Shown: positions 18,155 to 25,126 of the stretch, piece after piece
Layout: the number at the start of each line of letters is the position of its first letter
How positions within the stretch are numbered: position 1 is the stretch's first letter
Virus record (IMG/VR): IMGVR_UViG_3300000756_000003
DNA: 33,162 nucleotides
Source: a virus
Reading direction: 5' to 3' (one strand)
Position numbers and translations under genes: made by a program
The notes under the pieces: model-generated
Told to the model about the DNA's origin: nothing
The model's input: only the letters and a program-made list of their open reading frames with translations
The model's database searches: none

Positions 18155-18579
18155 ACTTTTTTCTTTTTATTGGTTATTGTTATTATCTCATTAATTAATA
18201 CATTAGTTTCACCATCAATTTCTTTAATTAACGCCATCACTTCATCTTGTTCATCTTCCGTTAGGTGTTCTTTAATAATTCTTAATGTTTCTTCTCTTTG
18301 GTAATCCACCACTTTTTTAATCTTGGAACTTACCTCATATCTCTCTTCTACTAAACTATAATATAGTAAGGTAGTGTGTTGTATCATAAAGTCAGTATAA
18401 TACTTTATTACCATTTCATACGTTATCTTTTCAGTTGATAATAATAAGTCATACAACCAATTAATATCAACCCCACCATCAATATCCAATTCTCTTATGG
18501 CAGTAATTTCGGTATCAAGATTATTTTCAATTACCATCCAATCTATTTGATGTCTTCTAAATTTTAATATTTCATTCAT
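18151..18579 (-). CDS. Hypothetical acidic helical protein (142 aa)
   Basis: Co-oriented ORF with ATGA overlap to the downstream gene. No motif recognised. Confidence 0.4.
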   Translation of the reverse strand: MNEILKFRRHQIDWMVIENNLDTEITAIRELDIDGGVDINWLYDLLLSTEKITYEMVIKYYTDFMIQHTTLLYYSLVEERYEVSSKIKKVVDYQREETLRIIKEHLTEDEQDEVMALIKEIDGETNVLINEIITITNKKKKV

Positions 18580-18604
18580 TTTAATTCGTTTTAAAACACT
18601 TTTG

Positions 18605-19084
18605 TTAGTTCAACCATATATCACCATCCTTTTCTATTTTAATGGTGTAGAAACTCTTCTTATGTAGGTTACGATGAATTAACACTCCCGTCACCCTACC
18701 ACCATCACCAGCTTGTGTTGATACTTGGAATTCATTTTCTTCAATTAGTTGTAATAAATTATCCCTACCTATAATATAGGCGACTTCGTGGTCGGGGAAA
18801 TAATATACAAAGTAATCCGCTTTTGACGCTACGATACCACTATCCCTTCCATTACAATTTAATTCAATAAACATATTATAAGTTTTACATTTCTTGAAGT
18901 GTTCCCATCTGTCAGTTTTAACTTCAAATGTAATTGTTGTTTTGGTTTCTGAACTCAACTTGAAGTCATACTGACTATCGTCTCTGAACTCAACAACACC
19001 ATAATTTCTTTTTTCACATATATAATCTGCGATTATACGTTCTCCTTTTTGACCTTCTTTTAAGTCAGTTAACCATTTTGACAT
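18605..19084 (-). CDS. PD-(D/E)XK nuclease-fold protein (159 aa)
   Basis: Ordered motifs E (GQKGERII), D (YDFKL) and E-x-K (ITFEVKTD), with the spacing typical of restriction-endonuclease-like folds. Confidence 0.5.
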   Translation of the reverse strand: MSKWLTDLKEGQKGERIIADYICEKRNYGVVEFRDDSQYDFKLSSETKTTITFEVKTDRWEHFKKCKTYNMFIELNCNGRDSGIVASKADYFVYYFPDHEVAYIIGRDNLLQLIEENEFQVSTQAGDGGRVTGVLIHRNLHKKSFYTIKIEKDGDIWLN

Positions 19085-19171
19085 AATATAGATATTTATT
19101 TTGTTTTATAACTATAAATATCTTGACTTTGTAAAAAGTTTTTATTATGGAGAATTATTTTTAATAATAAA

Positions 19172-19198
19172 TAAAAAACCCCCACCAAATGGTGAGGG
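19172..19198 (-). terminator. Rho-independent terminator after the 78-aa gene
   Basis: The minus strand reads ccctcacc-attt-ggtggggg followed by TTTTTT. 8-bp stem with one mismatch. Confidence 0.65.
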
Positions 19199-19203
19199 AA
19201 TTA

Positions 19204-19440
19204 TTAAAACTGATTTAATAGAATTGTGGTATCGTTATTAACTTTTATATTATCTACCGACTTATATGTGTTATAACTTATCCTCAACACTTTTTCGTCA
19301 TTGGGGATATTAACATACCCGTCAAAATTAGAATAATAAATAGATTTGTCAGTGGTTACTTTAACTGCTGGTAATGTTTCTTTGGTCTCAACATCTAAAA
19401 ACCAAACCTTAATCATCAACACTAATATTATTATTTTCAT
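19204..19440 (-). CDS. Small exported protein consisting of a CarboxypepD_reg-like domain (78 aa)
   Basis: Hydrophobic N-terminus MKIIILVLMIKV. Then FLDVETKETLPAVKVTTDKSIYYSNFDGYVNIPNDEKVLRISYNTYKSVDNIKV matches the pattern of the N-terminal carboxypeptidase-regulatory-like domain of Bacteroidota TonB-dependent receptors (x-V-x-D-x-x-T-x-E-x-L-P ... D-G-x-F/V ... L-x-I-S-Y-x-x-Y). Confidence 0.55.
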   Translation of the reverse strand: MKIIILVLMIKVWFLDVETKETLPAVKVTTDKSIYYSNFDGYVNIPNDEKVLRISYNTYKSVDNIKVNNDTTILLNQF

Positions 19441-19515
19441 TTTTGATTTAAGTTTATTAATTTCAGCAGTATTAATAAACTTTTGGTTGCTAGTAATTTT
19501 TCTTCTTCATTCATA

Positions 19516-20229
19516 TTATCTATGTGTTGTGTTATGGTATAATCTTGATTGATATTGTAAGAACATATCATCCATATCAGTATCAAATCCCCATTGGTTA
19601 TTATTTCTCTTTAATTTACTTACTAAACCTTTCATTTCCATACCATCATTACCTTCGGTAATATATTGAAATAATCCATTCTCAAGGTGTCTTGTTGATA
19701 CTTGGAACTTACCTATCATTTCTTCTGAATACTTCTTTGCTCTTAACTTTAAATTCATTTCTAATACTCTATCAATCTCTTCTTGTTCTACGTAAGCACT
19801 ATTGTTGGTTACGATTTTACCTAACTTTCCTTCGTTCTCCGAACACTTCATAGTTGAAGTAGTATTATGTATTACTTCAGTAGATTTAACTTCGTTAGAA
19901 GTAATCTTTTTAGTTGAAGTAGTTTCTTCCAACGGAGTTGGATAAGGATTATTAGCGTCAACTAATACTAATGCTTTTCTATTGTTGAAGGGGATTAAAT
20001 ACTTTCTATCGTTGGAAGTGAATATAATTCTTTTTTCTTTTAATAGTTGAATAGTTCTTTTTAAAGTTCTAATTGAAATACCTAACTTCGTTGAAATTTC
20101 TTCTTGTGTTTCAAAACAAACTTTATTTGATGATTGCCATCCTTGAAGGTAACTTACTAATACCTTTTCTTCTAAATTGATATCAACTCTTTGAAGTAGT
20201 TGATAATCTAACATAATGAATTTTTCCAT
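19516..20229 (-). CDS. Winged-HTH protein, candidate replication initiator/organiser or early regulator (237 aa)
   Basis: N-terminal LEEKVLVSYLQGW....FETQEEISTKLGISIRTLKRTIQLLKEKRIIF is a classical wHTH resembling DnaD/replisome-organiser N-domains. It is the first gene transcribed away from the iteron region. Confidence 0.5.
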   Translation of the reverse strand: MEKFIMLDYQLLQRVDINLEEKVLVSYLQGWQSSNKVCFETQEEISTKLGISIRTLKRTIQLLKEKRIIFTSNDRKYLIPFNNRKALVLVDANNPYPTPLEETTSTKKITSNEVKSTEVIHNTTSTMKCSENEGKLGKIVTNNSAYVEQEEIDRVLEMNLKLRAKKYSEEMIGKFQVSTRHLENGLFQYITEGNDGMEMKGLVSKLKRNNNQWGFDTDMDDMFLQYQSRLYHNTTHR

Positions 20230-20289
20230 TTTTCTTTTTTTTTATCTCTTTATTATTATTCCTCTTTTTTATTTTACTTGGGAAAGAGA

Positions 20290-20313
20290 GTTGGTGGTAG
20301 CTACCCCACCAAC
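20290..20313. repeat. GC-rich near-perfect palindrome gttggtggtag/ctacc(cc)accaac
   Basis: GTTGGTGG (20290..20297) is the reverse complement of CCACCAAC (20306..20313), and the central tagcta is self-complementary. It is an isolated GC island in AT-rich DNA with no adjacent T-run. Confidence 0.7.
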
Positions 20314-20330
20314 ACCCAAGAACCTATCGG

Positions 20331-20497
20331 TTATATTAATAAATATCTAATAATTTATAAAAGTTTCAATTATTGATAAATATTTTTACAAATATACTAA
20401 ATTTTTCTATATATAACTATATTATTATAATATATTTTAATTTTTATTATTATTTTATTTTAATTTATTAATCTTATTCAATTATCTTATTATTGAG
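20331..20497. other. Extremely AT-rich tract (candidate DNA-unwinding element)
   Basis: Hand count of 13 G/C in 167 nt (about 8% GC), lying between the palindrome and the iterons. Confidence 0.5.
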
Positions 20498-20499
20498 TA

Positions 20500-20605
20500 G
20501 GGTCATTTTGTCCCTATCGGTAGGGTCATTTTGTCCCTTTTAAAAGTGTCAGATTGTCCCTACTAAAGGGACAGATTGTCCCAAGTGGTTGTGTCAGATT
20601 GTCCC
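20500..20605 (+). promoter_or_regulatory. Array of five phased 15-bp binding sites G[G/T]G[T/A]CA-N3-TGTCCC (iterons/operators)
   Basis: gggtcattttgtccc at 20500 and 20523, gtgtcagattgtccc at 20546 and 20591, and gggacagattgtccc (perfect inverted repeat) at 20568. Start-to-start spacing is 23, 23, 22, 23 bp. Confidence 0.75.
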
Positions 20606-20639
20606 TTCAACGAATTAATAACTAAAAATATTTCAATGT

Positions 20640-20996
20640 ATGAGGATAAGATATTCAACAAGGTTAGTTCTATTGATTGGGTCTATTGTAATTAAGATAC
20701 CAATAAGTAAAAGAGGATACCTTCAATGTAAGAATGAAAGTAAGATGTATGAAAAATATAAACACTTCAACATACTCGGAGAGTTATATTGGGAATGGAA
20801 TGGTATTGTATGTATGAGAAGGTATCATTCAACGGATGTAATAGACGATGATGTGGTGTTTGGTATCAAGTATCTAATTAATGAGTTTGACATCGTTAGA
20901 TGTGATTTATTTAATCCATTGAATTGGGGTAAAGATGGTGAGGAATATGTTTTAATTGATTACGGCATCAATGAAGAAATTTCAAGGTTATATTAA
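20640..20996 (+). CDS. Miniature protein-kinase-like protein (118 aa); plus-strand moron
   Basis: VIKIP (K19, beta3-Lys-like), acidic helix ESKMYEKY, RCDLFNPLNWG (D89 ... N95, catalytic-loop-like), and VLIDYG (D107, DFG-like, 18 residues after D89 as in canonical kinases). The protein ends 11 residues after D107. Confidence 0.4.
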   Translation: MRIRYSTRLVLLIGSIVIKIPISKRGYLQCKNESKMYEKYKHFNILGELYWEWNGIVCMRRYHSTDVIDDDVVFGIKYLINEFDIVRCDLFNPLNWGKDGEEYVLIDYGINEEISRLY

Positions 20997-21004
20997 ATAC
21001 AAAA

Positions 21005-21026
21005 CCCCCAACCATATTGTTGAGGG
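21005..21026 (-). terminator. Hairpin ccctcaac-aatatg-gttggggg followed by TTTT on the minus strand
   Basis: Same architecture and same single mismatch as the terminator at 19172..19198. The T-run is present only on the minus-strand side. Confidence 0.45.
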
Positions 21027-21190
21027 TTACGTTCACTAACTATTTAAACTTAGAGACCTTCTCTACATAAAATATAATTATTTTTATTTTTTTTTCAAGT
21101 ATTGCGGTTTTTCAAAAAGTTTCGTATATTTATATAAAGAAGGATATGATTTTAGATATTTGATGTTCCTTATTTTTTTTTGTTTTAGTT

Positions 21191-21230
21191 AAAAGGGGTG
21201 GTAATCTGACATAAGTTACCACCTTTTTTA
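21191..21230. terminator. Bidirectional rho-independent terminator
   Basis: Stem ggtggtaa (21197..21204) / ttaccacc (21216..21223), flanked by aaaagg upstream and tttttta downstream. It terminates the holin operon (minus) and the plus-strand 118-aa gene. Confidence 0.7.
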
Positions 21231-21656
21231 TTTATCACAAATTTCATTAATATCTTTTTTAACTCCCTTCAACTTCGTAAACAATTCTTTAACCAATTCT
21301 AAGAATGGTCTGTATCCTAACTTTTGAAAATTCTCATCAATTGATTTAACTTCAATGTAAATCCAAAGAACACTTATACCTTTACTCAAAAGGTATTGAA
21401 CACCCATCAAAGAACCCCCTAGAATGAACTTATCAATAAGGAATGATAGAATGATTGTTGAACTATATAAAAACGTCTTAGGAACGATATTAAATAGTAA
21501 TCCACTTCTGAATGATTTCTTACCTTTTGTTTTAATTGTTGAATAAATACCACTGATGGTATCTAAGATTACAAATCCTATTACCAATAAGATTAGAGCT
21601 TTGATTGGTAATAAGAATGTTAATATTGTCGTTAGGAAGGATAGTATAAGTTTCAT
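21228..21656 (-). CDS. Holin (Phage_holin_4_1 / LL-H-like family)
   Basis: 142 aa with multiple TM segments. ILDTISGIYSTIKTKGKKSFRS and IEVKSIDENFQKLGY match the D-x-x-x-G ... K and E-x-x-S-I-x-E-N signatures of that holin family. Confidence 0.65.
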   Translation of the reverse strand: MKLILSFLTTILTFLLPIKALILLVIGFVILDTISGIYSTIKTKGKKSFRSGLLFNIVPKTFLYSSTIILSFLIDKFILGGSLMGVQYLLSKGISVLWIYIEVKSIDENFQKLGYRPFLELVKELFTKLKGVKKDINEICDK

Positions 21657-21667
21657 CTAAGATTAGT

Positions 21668-22225
21668 TTAATTATCGTTATATGGGAAGATATCTCTACC
21701 AAGACGAGTTCCTCTTAATGTTGTATTATCCATATAGATATCACTATCGTATGATGTTGACGCTATAGGATTTATTAATTGATTAGATGAATTATATAAT
21801 GGGAATAAGTTTGGATACTTACATAGGTAGTTTTTAACCTCCATTTCAAAGTATTCAGCTCTATTCTTCAATTCTTCTCTTAGATACTTCATATCATTAA
21901 GACCAGCTGGTTCTTCAAACTCACCTCTTAACTTTACGGGACCTTTATTTTTAATCTTGATGTTTAGGAATGGGATTGCCATTTCAGCGGTTCTATAACA
22001 TATGTGGTTCTTCAATAGAGCAACCAATGTTATTTCATCGTTGGATAATGTTTGGTTAATGAACTTAATTTTTAAATCATCATATAAGTTCTTACCTAGT
22101 ATTTCCCTCGTCCATACTAACTCACAACTTTCAATGTGGTTATTCAAATCATCAACATCTATGTTTTTACTAATTGGTGTGAATTTGGTTAAGTAATCAA
22201 AACTCACAAAACTTATGAATGCCAT
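21668..22225 (-). CDS. Head-tail connector/adaptor-like protein (185 aa)
   Basis: Lies immediately downstream of the portal (1-nt gap). The N-terminal layout YLTKFTPISKNIDVDDLNNHIESCELVWTREILGKNLYDDL resembles gp6-type connector proteins. This is from memory and weak. Confidence 0.3.
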   Translation of the reverse strand: MAFISFVSFDYLTKFTPISKNIDVDDLNNHIESCELVWTREILGKNLYDDLKIKFINQTLSNDEITLVALLKNHICYRTAEMAIPFLNIKIKNKGPVKLRGEFEEPAGLNDMKYLREELKNRAEYFEMEVKNYLCKYPNLFPLYNSSNQLINPIASTSYDSDIYMDNTTLRGTRLGRDIFPYNDN

Positions 22226-22226
22226 A

Positions 22227-23432
22227 TTAATTTATTATTTGTGGTGGATTATTTTGTGAACCTTGTTGTTTAACTTCATATGGTTTAATTTTGAAGTTAA
22301 CATCAAGTCCATTTATTTTTAATACCTTATTTATTGTTTTCTCAATTTGAGATTGTGATGGTTTAATCACGAATGTTTGGAATACTTGAACCTCAGTAGC
22401 GAAATCACCATTACCTAATTTACCAGGTGTTGAGATACCAAATAACTCTGTAGTTGTTACCCTATGACCCGTAATGATTTTAGATTGGATTTGGTCTGCT
22501 AAAGCGATAAATTGTTTATCTAAGTTAGATACGTCAATAGGTTTAATTTCGGGAGCTAGTTCCTTACCATCAGAAAAGATAGTTAATACCTTACCCGTAT
22601 TCTTAACACCACTGAAGTTACGTTTCAAGTCATCTTGAACTTGTCTTCTTTCTTCTAATGACGCTGGTTTACGATAGAATTGAACTATCATTGAAGGGTT
22701 AAATCCATTCTCAATGAATGACTTATAGAATAACCCCGTTTGACCTTCTAATTGTATCCAATTTGTTGATGCCAAATATGATGGTTCACCATAGTAATCA
22801 TTACTTATCAATTGATTTGGAACATATATTAATTGACGATGATTTTCGTTATCGGTTATATCAAATACATTAATACAAACCGCCTCTTCTCTTCTATCAT
22901 TCCAATCTCTTTTATAGAAGTATTCTCTAATCTCACCATCAACGAATTTACCACTTCTCAAGTGTTTAGGTGATATCCTATTAACTTTAACTATCTGACT
23001 GAAATCTAACGACCAAATCACTTCAAGAGCGTAGGCACCATATAATTGTTGGTCTATTCCAACCATCTTCAAGAACTCAGTTATATCATCCTTACCATTG
23101 AAGAAGTTTAACCATCTGTTTAGTTCAAGTTTTGATTTCTCAGTTAATAATGTTTCATCAACTTCAAATCCATCACCAGCAACCAATAACGATTTAGTAG
23201 TTAAAATCGCTTGGTGTGTTGGGGATGTGTTGTATAATTTCTCCAAGTAGATTGGATATTGTTCTCCCTCATCAGTTTTGTAATCAACCCATTCACTATT
23301 CTTTTGAGCTGATATGAATGGTAATGATGCCTCCATAGCTAAATTAACTATAGTGTCGGGAACACTACCACTTGGTGTTGTTACAATTTCTTGTGGGGTC
23401 TTTTTATTAAAAAAGTTATCTATTAATCCCAT
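22227..23432 (-). CDS. Portal protein
   Basis: 401 aa. YNTSPTHQAILTTKSLLVAGDGF, the size, and the acidic/aromatic core pattern are typical of HK97/PBSX-family portals. Confidence 0.8.
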   Translation of the reverse strand: MGLIDNFFNKKTPQEIVTTPSGSVPDTIVNLAMEASLPFISAQKNSEWVDYKTDEGEQYPIYLEKLYNTSPTHQAILTTKSLLVAGDGFEVDETLLTEKSKLELNRWLNFFNGKDDITEFLKMVGIDQQLYGAYALEVIWSLDFSQIVKVNRISPKHLRSGKFVDGEIREYFYKRDWNDRREEAVCINVFDITDNENHRQLIYVPNQLISNDYYGEPSYLASTNWIQLEGQTGLFYKSFIENGFNPSMIVQFYRKPASLEERRQVQDDLKRNFSGVKNTGKVLTIFSDGKELAPEIKPIDVSNLDKQFIALADQIQSKIITGHRVTTTELFGISTPGKLGNGDFATEVQVFQTFVIKPSQSQIEKTINKVLKINGLDVNFKIKPYEVKQQGSQNNPPQIIN

Positions 23433-23434
23433 TT

Positions 23435-23839
23435 TTATAAGTATATATTATTTATTGTTATATCTTCTTCAAGACCTACTACTCTTACCAACCCTTCTTC
23501 ACAAGGATTACCATAGGTCATTTTATCATTATAAGCGATTGTTAAATCTTCGTCAGTTGTAATCTCACTATCTAATCCAAAAATCTTATAATTTAATTGT
23601 TGAGTATTACCCGTTAGATGTATCGTAGCGTTCAATAGGTCTTCTGTAACGTCTTCATTTACCAAAAACTTGTTATACCTTAAACCAAATGTTGTAATAT
23701 CCTCAGATTGAAAGTATTTAACATTACCATTCGCTTTATTCTCAAATACAAATAAGAAAAAAGTATTGTTGTTATAGTTAGGACTTTCAGTTAAAGTCAC
23801 TACTATAGGGTTTAGTTCGTTTTTATTTATTACTATCAT
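23435..23839 (-). CDS. Hypothetical structural-module protein (134 aa)
   Basis: Co-oriented ORF ending 2 nt before the portal start. No motif recognised. Confidence 0.4.
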   Translation of the reverse strand: MIVINKNELNPIVVTLTESPNYNNNTFFLFVFENKANGNVKYFQSEDITTFGLRYNKFLVNEDVTEDLLNATIHLTGNTQQLNYKIFGLDSEITTDEDLTIAYNDKMTYGNPCEEGLVRVVGLEEDITINNIYL

Positions 23840-23937
23840 AATTGAAAGTATTTTTTATTTATTTTTCGTTTATAAGGTCTTTTGATAAAACTTCAGATAT
23901 TTATTAGTATATAACTAAAATTAAAAAATTAAAACTT

Positions 23938-24150
23938 ATGAACCCTTTATTATTTTTAAAGAATGTTGAATTATTCCGTTGTAAAGCTAATGGTGTTGAA
24001 TATTACAAAGTGGAATACATAACAAGAGAGGATGACCCAAGTATGGTAGTTTCGTATCTCCTAGAACAATCAATTTTATTATACACTACCTCCTTACCGA
24101 TTGTCAGTGAATACTCTTCACTCAACGAACTATTTGAACCTCTCAAATAA
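23938..24150 (+). CDS. Hypothetical small protein (70 aa); plus-strand moron inside the structural module
   Basis: The only ORF in a 364-bp gap between minus-strand genes. It is followed 7 nt later by a hairpin terminator. Coding status uncertain. Confidence 0.35.
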   Translation: MNPLLFLKNVELFRCKANGVEYYKVEYITREDDPSMVVSYLLEQSILLYTTSLPIVSEYSSLNELFEPLK

Positions 24151-24151
24151 C

Positions 24152-24180
24152 AAAAAACCCCTCTTAATCGGAGGGGTTTC
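24152..24180. terminator. Bidirectional terminator
   Basis: aaaaaa-cccctc-ttaatcg-gagggg-tttc. 6-bp GC stem with an A6 / T-rich flank on either side. It lies between the convergent 70-aa (+) and 276-aa (-) genes. Confidence 0.65.
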
Positions 24181-24203
24181 TTATTTAATATAGTTTAATC
24201 AGT

Positions 24204-25034
24204 TTATACATTAACAACTATAGTATTAACCAATGTAGAACTAATCTCAAAAGCTTGTTCACTTTCTTGACCTACAAATGTTAATTGATAGTTATTCGCA
24301 TCAGTTTTAGCAGTTCCACTACCACCAGCAAGTTCTTGAAGAACGATACCATCTTGAATACCAAATACCCAATATAGACCATTATTATCTAAGATGATAC
24401 AAGCCAATCTTTTTTGACTATCAGATAAATCAATGATAGCTTCTCTTTTAACCTTATCTCTTCTTGCCAACATCAACATAATTCTTTGTTCAAAGAATGT
24501 AGTTCCATTCTCAATATTATTTTGAATTGTTTCTTCAAAACTTGATGTGTTTCTGTTAAATTGGAATTCATAGAATAATGAACCAATCCAAACACTTTTA
24601 CTTGTTTGACTGATGTTACCTACAACTGATGGTTGAAAACCATAAGTAATCCAATCGGGAGTAATAGATGTTGTGTTAGGACCCGAATTATAAGTTGAAC
24701 CAATGATAGGAAAAGTAATTGTATAAGTTACACCAAAATTATCAATGTAAGTAGCACGAACTTGTGTTACTCCTCCTACCAAATATTGTGTATAATTACC
24801 TGGTATTGTAAGTATATTCAAACCCCAAACTCCACCACCTAATGCTGATAAAGACCAAGATGCCGTAGCGTTAGCGATTAATGTTGGTGTATTAGTTGAT
24901 ATCGCTGAAACTTCACCACCACTCTGAGTGTAAGAAACAACATCAAAATCAGCTAACCACATTTTTTTAATACCACCCGTATTCGTCCCACAAGAGGTCG
25001 TAATTCCGTTGGTTAAAGCGTTACATATTGCCAT
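24204..25034 (-). CDS. Tail-tube-like protein, long paralogue (276 aa) with a 100-aa insertion
   Basis: It shares the N-terminus MAICxALxxGIxxSCxTNTGGIxKMxxADF and the block FYEFQFNRNTSSFEETI...ENGTTFFEQR...LQELxGGSGxAKxDANNYQLxFVxQE with the 175-aa protein. Residues about 47-153 have no counterpart there. Confidence 0.5.
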   Translation of the reverse strand: MAICNALTNGITTSCGTNTGGIKKMWLADFDVVSYTQSGGEVSAISTNTPTLIANATASWSLSALGGGVWGLNILTIPGNYTQYLVGGVTQVRATYIDNFGVTYTITFPIIGSTYNSGPNTTSITPDWITYGFQPSVVGNISQTSKSVWIGSLFYEFQFNRNTSSFEETIQNNIENGTTFFEQRIMLMLARRDKVKREAIIDLSDSQKRLACIILDNNGLYWVFGIQDGIVLQELAGGSGTAKTDANNYQLTFVGQESEQAFEISSTLVNTIVVNV

Positions 25035-25067
25035 AATTTTTTATTTTTAATTTAATTTATTAGTCAT

Positions 25068-25105
25068 AAAAAAACCCACTCACCAATGATTAGGCGGTGG
25101 GTTTT
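25068..25105 (-). terminator. Rho-independent terminator between the two tube-like paralogues
   Basis: The minus strand reads aaaacccac...gtgggTTTTTTT. GC stem cccac/gtggg with an extended imperfect stem, followed by T7. Confidence 0.7.
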
Positions 25106-25126
25106 AATATTTAATTTTTTTACCTA

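Noticed and set aside
19433-19510. 25-codon minus-strand mini-ORF (MNEEEKLLATKSLLILLKLINLNQK) with ATGA overlap to the 78-aa gene
   Set aside because: It is too short to distinguish from chance and has no motif. I mention it only because the ATGA junction mimics real coupling elsewhere in the genome.
20290-20313. tRNA or rho-independent terminator at the GC-rich palindrome
   Set aside because: It is too short and has no cloverleaf potential for a tRNA. There is essentially no loop, and no T-run follows on either strand. I kept it only as a structural element of the control region.
20389-20396. Bacteroidota-type -7 promoter box (TATATTTG on the minus strand) upstream of the wHTH gene; similar near-matches at 21125..21132 (TATATTTA, plus) and within iterons 1 and 2 (TCATTTTG)
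   Set aside because: A single 8-mer match in DNA that is more than 90% A+T is expected by chance. I found no TTTG -33 element at the right distance. It is not reportable as a promoter without 5'-end data.
20498-20606. Possible CRISPR array
   Set aside because: The repeats are only 15 bp with 7-8-bp spacers, there are only five copies, they are imperfect, and no cas genes are present. The geometry fits protein-binding iterons or operators, not CRISPR.
20997-21227. Possible small gene or sRNA in the 230-bp gap between the kinase-like gene and the holin terminator
   Set aside because: Only a 5-codon ORF (21146) is present. The region is explained by two terminator hairpins and AT-rich spacer, and I see no independent evidence for an RNA gene.
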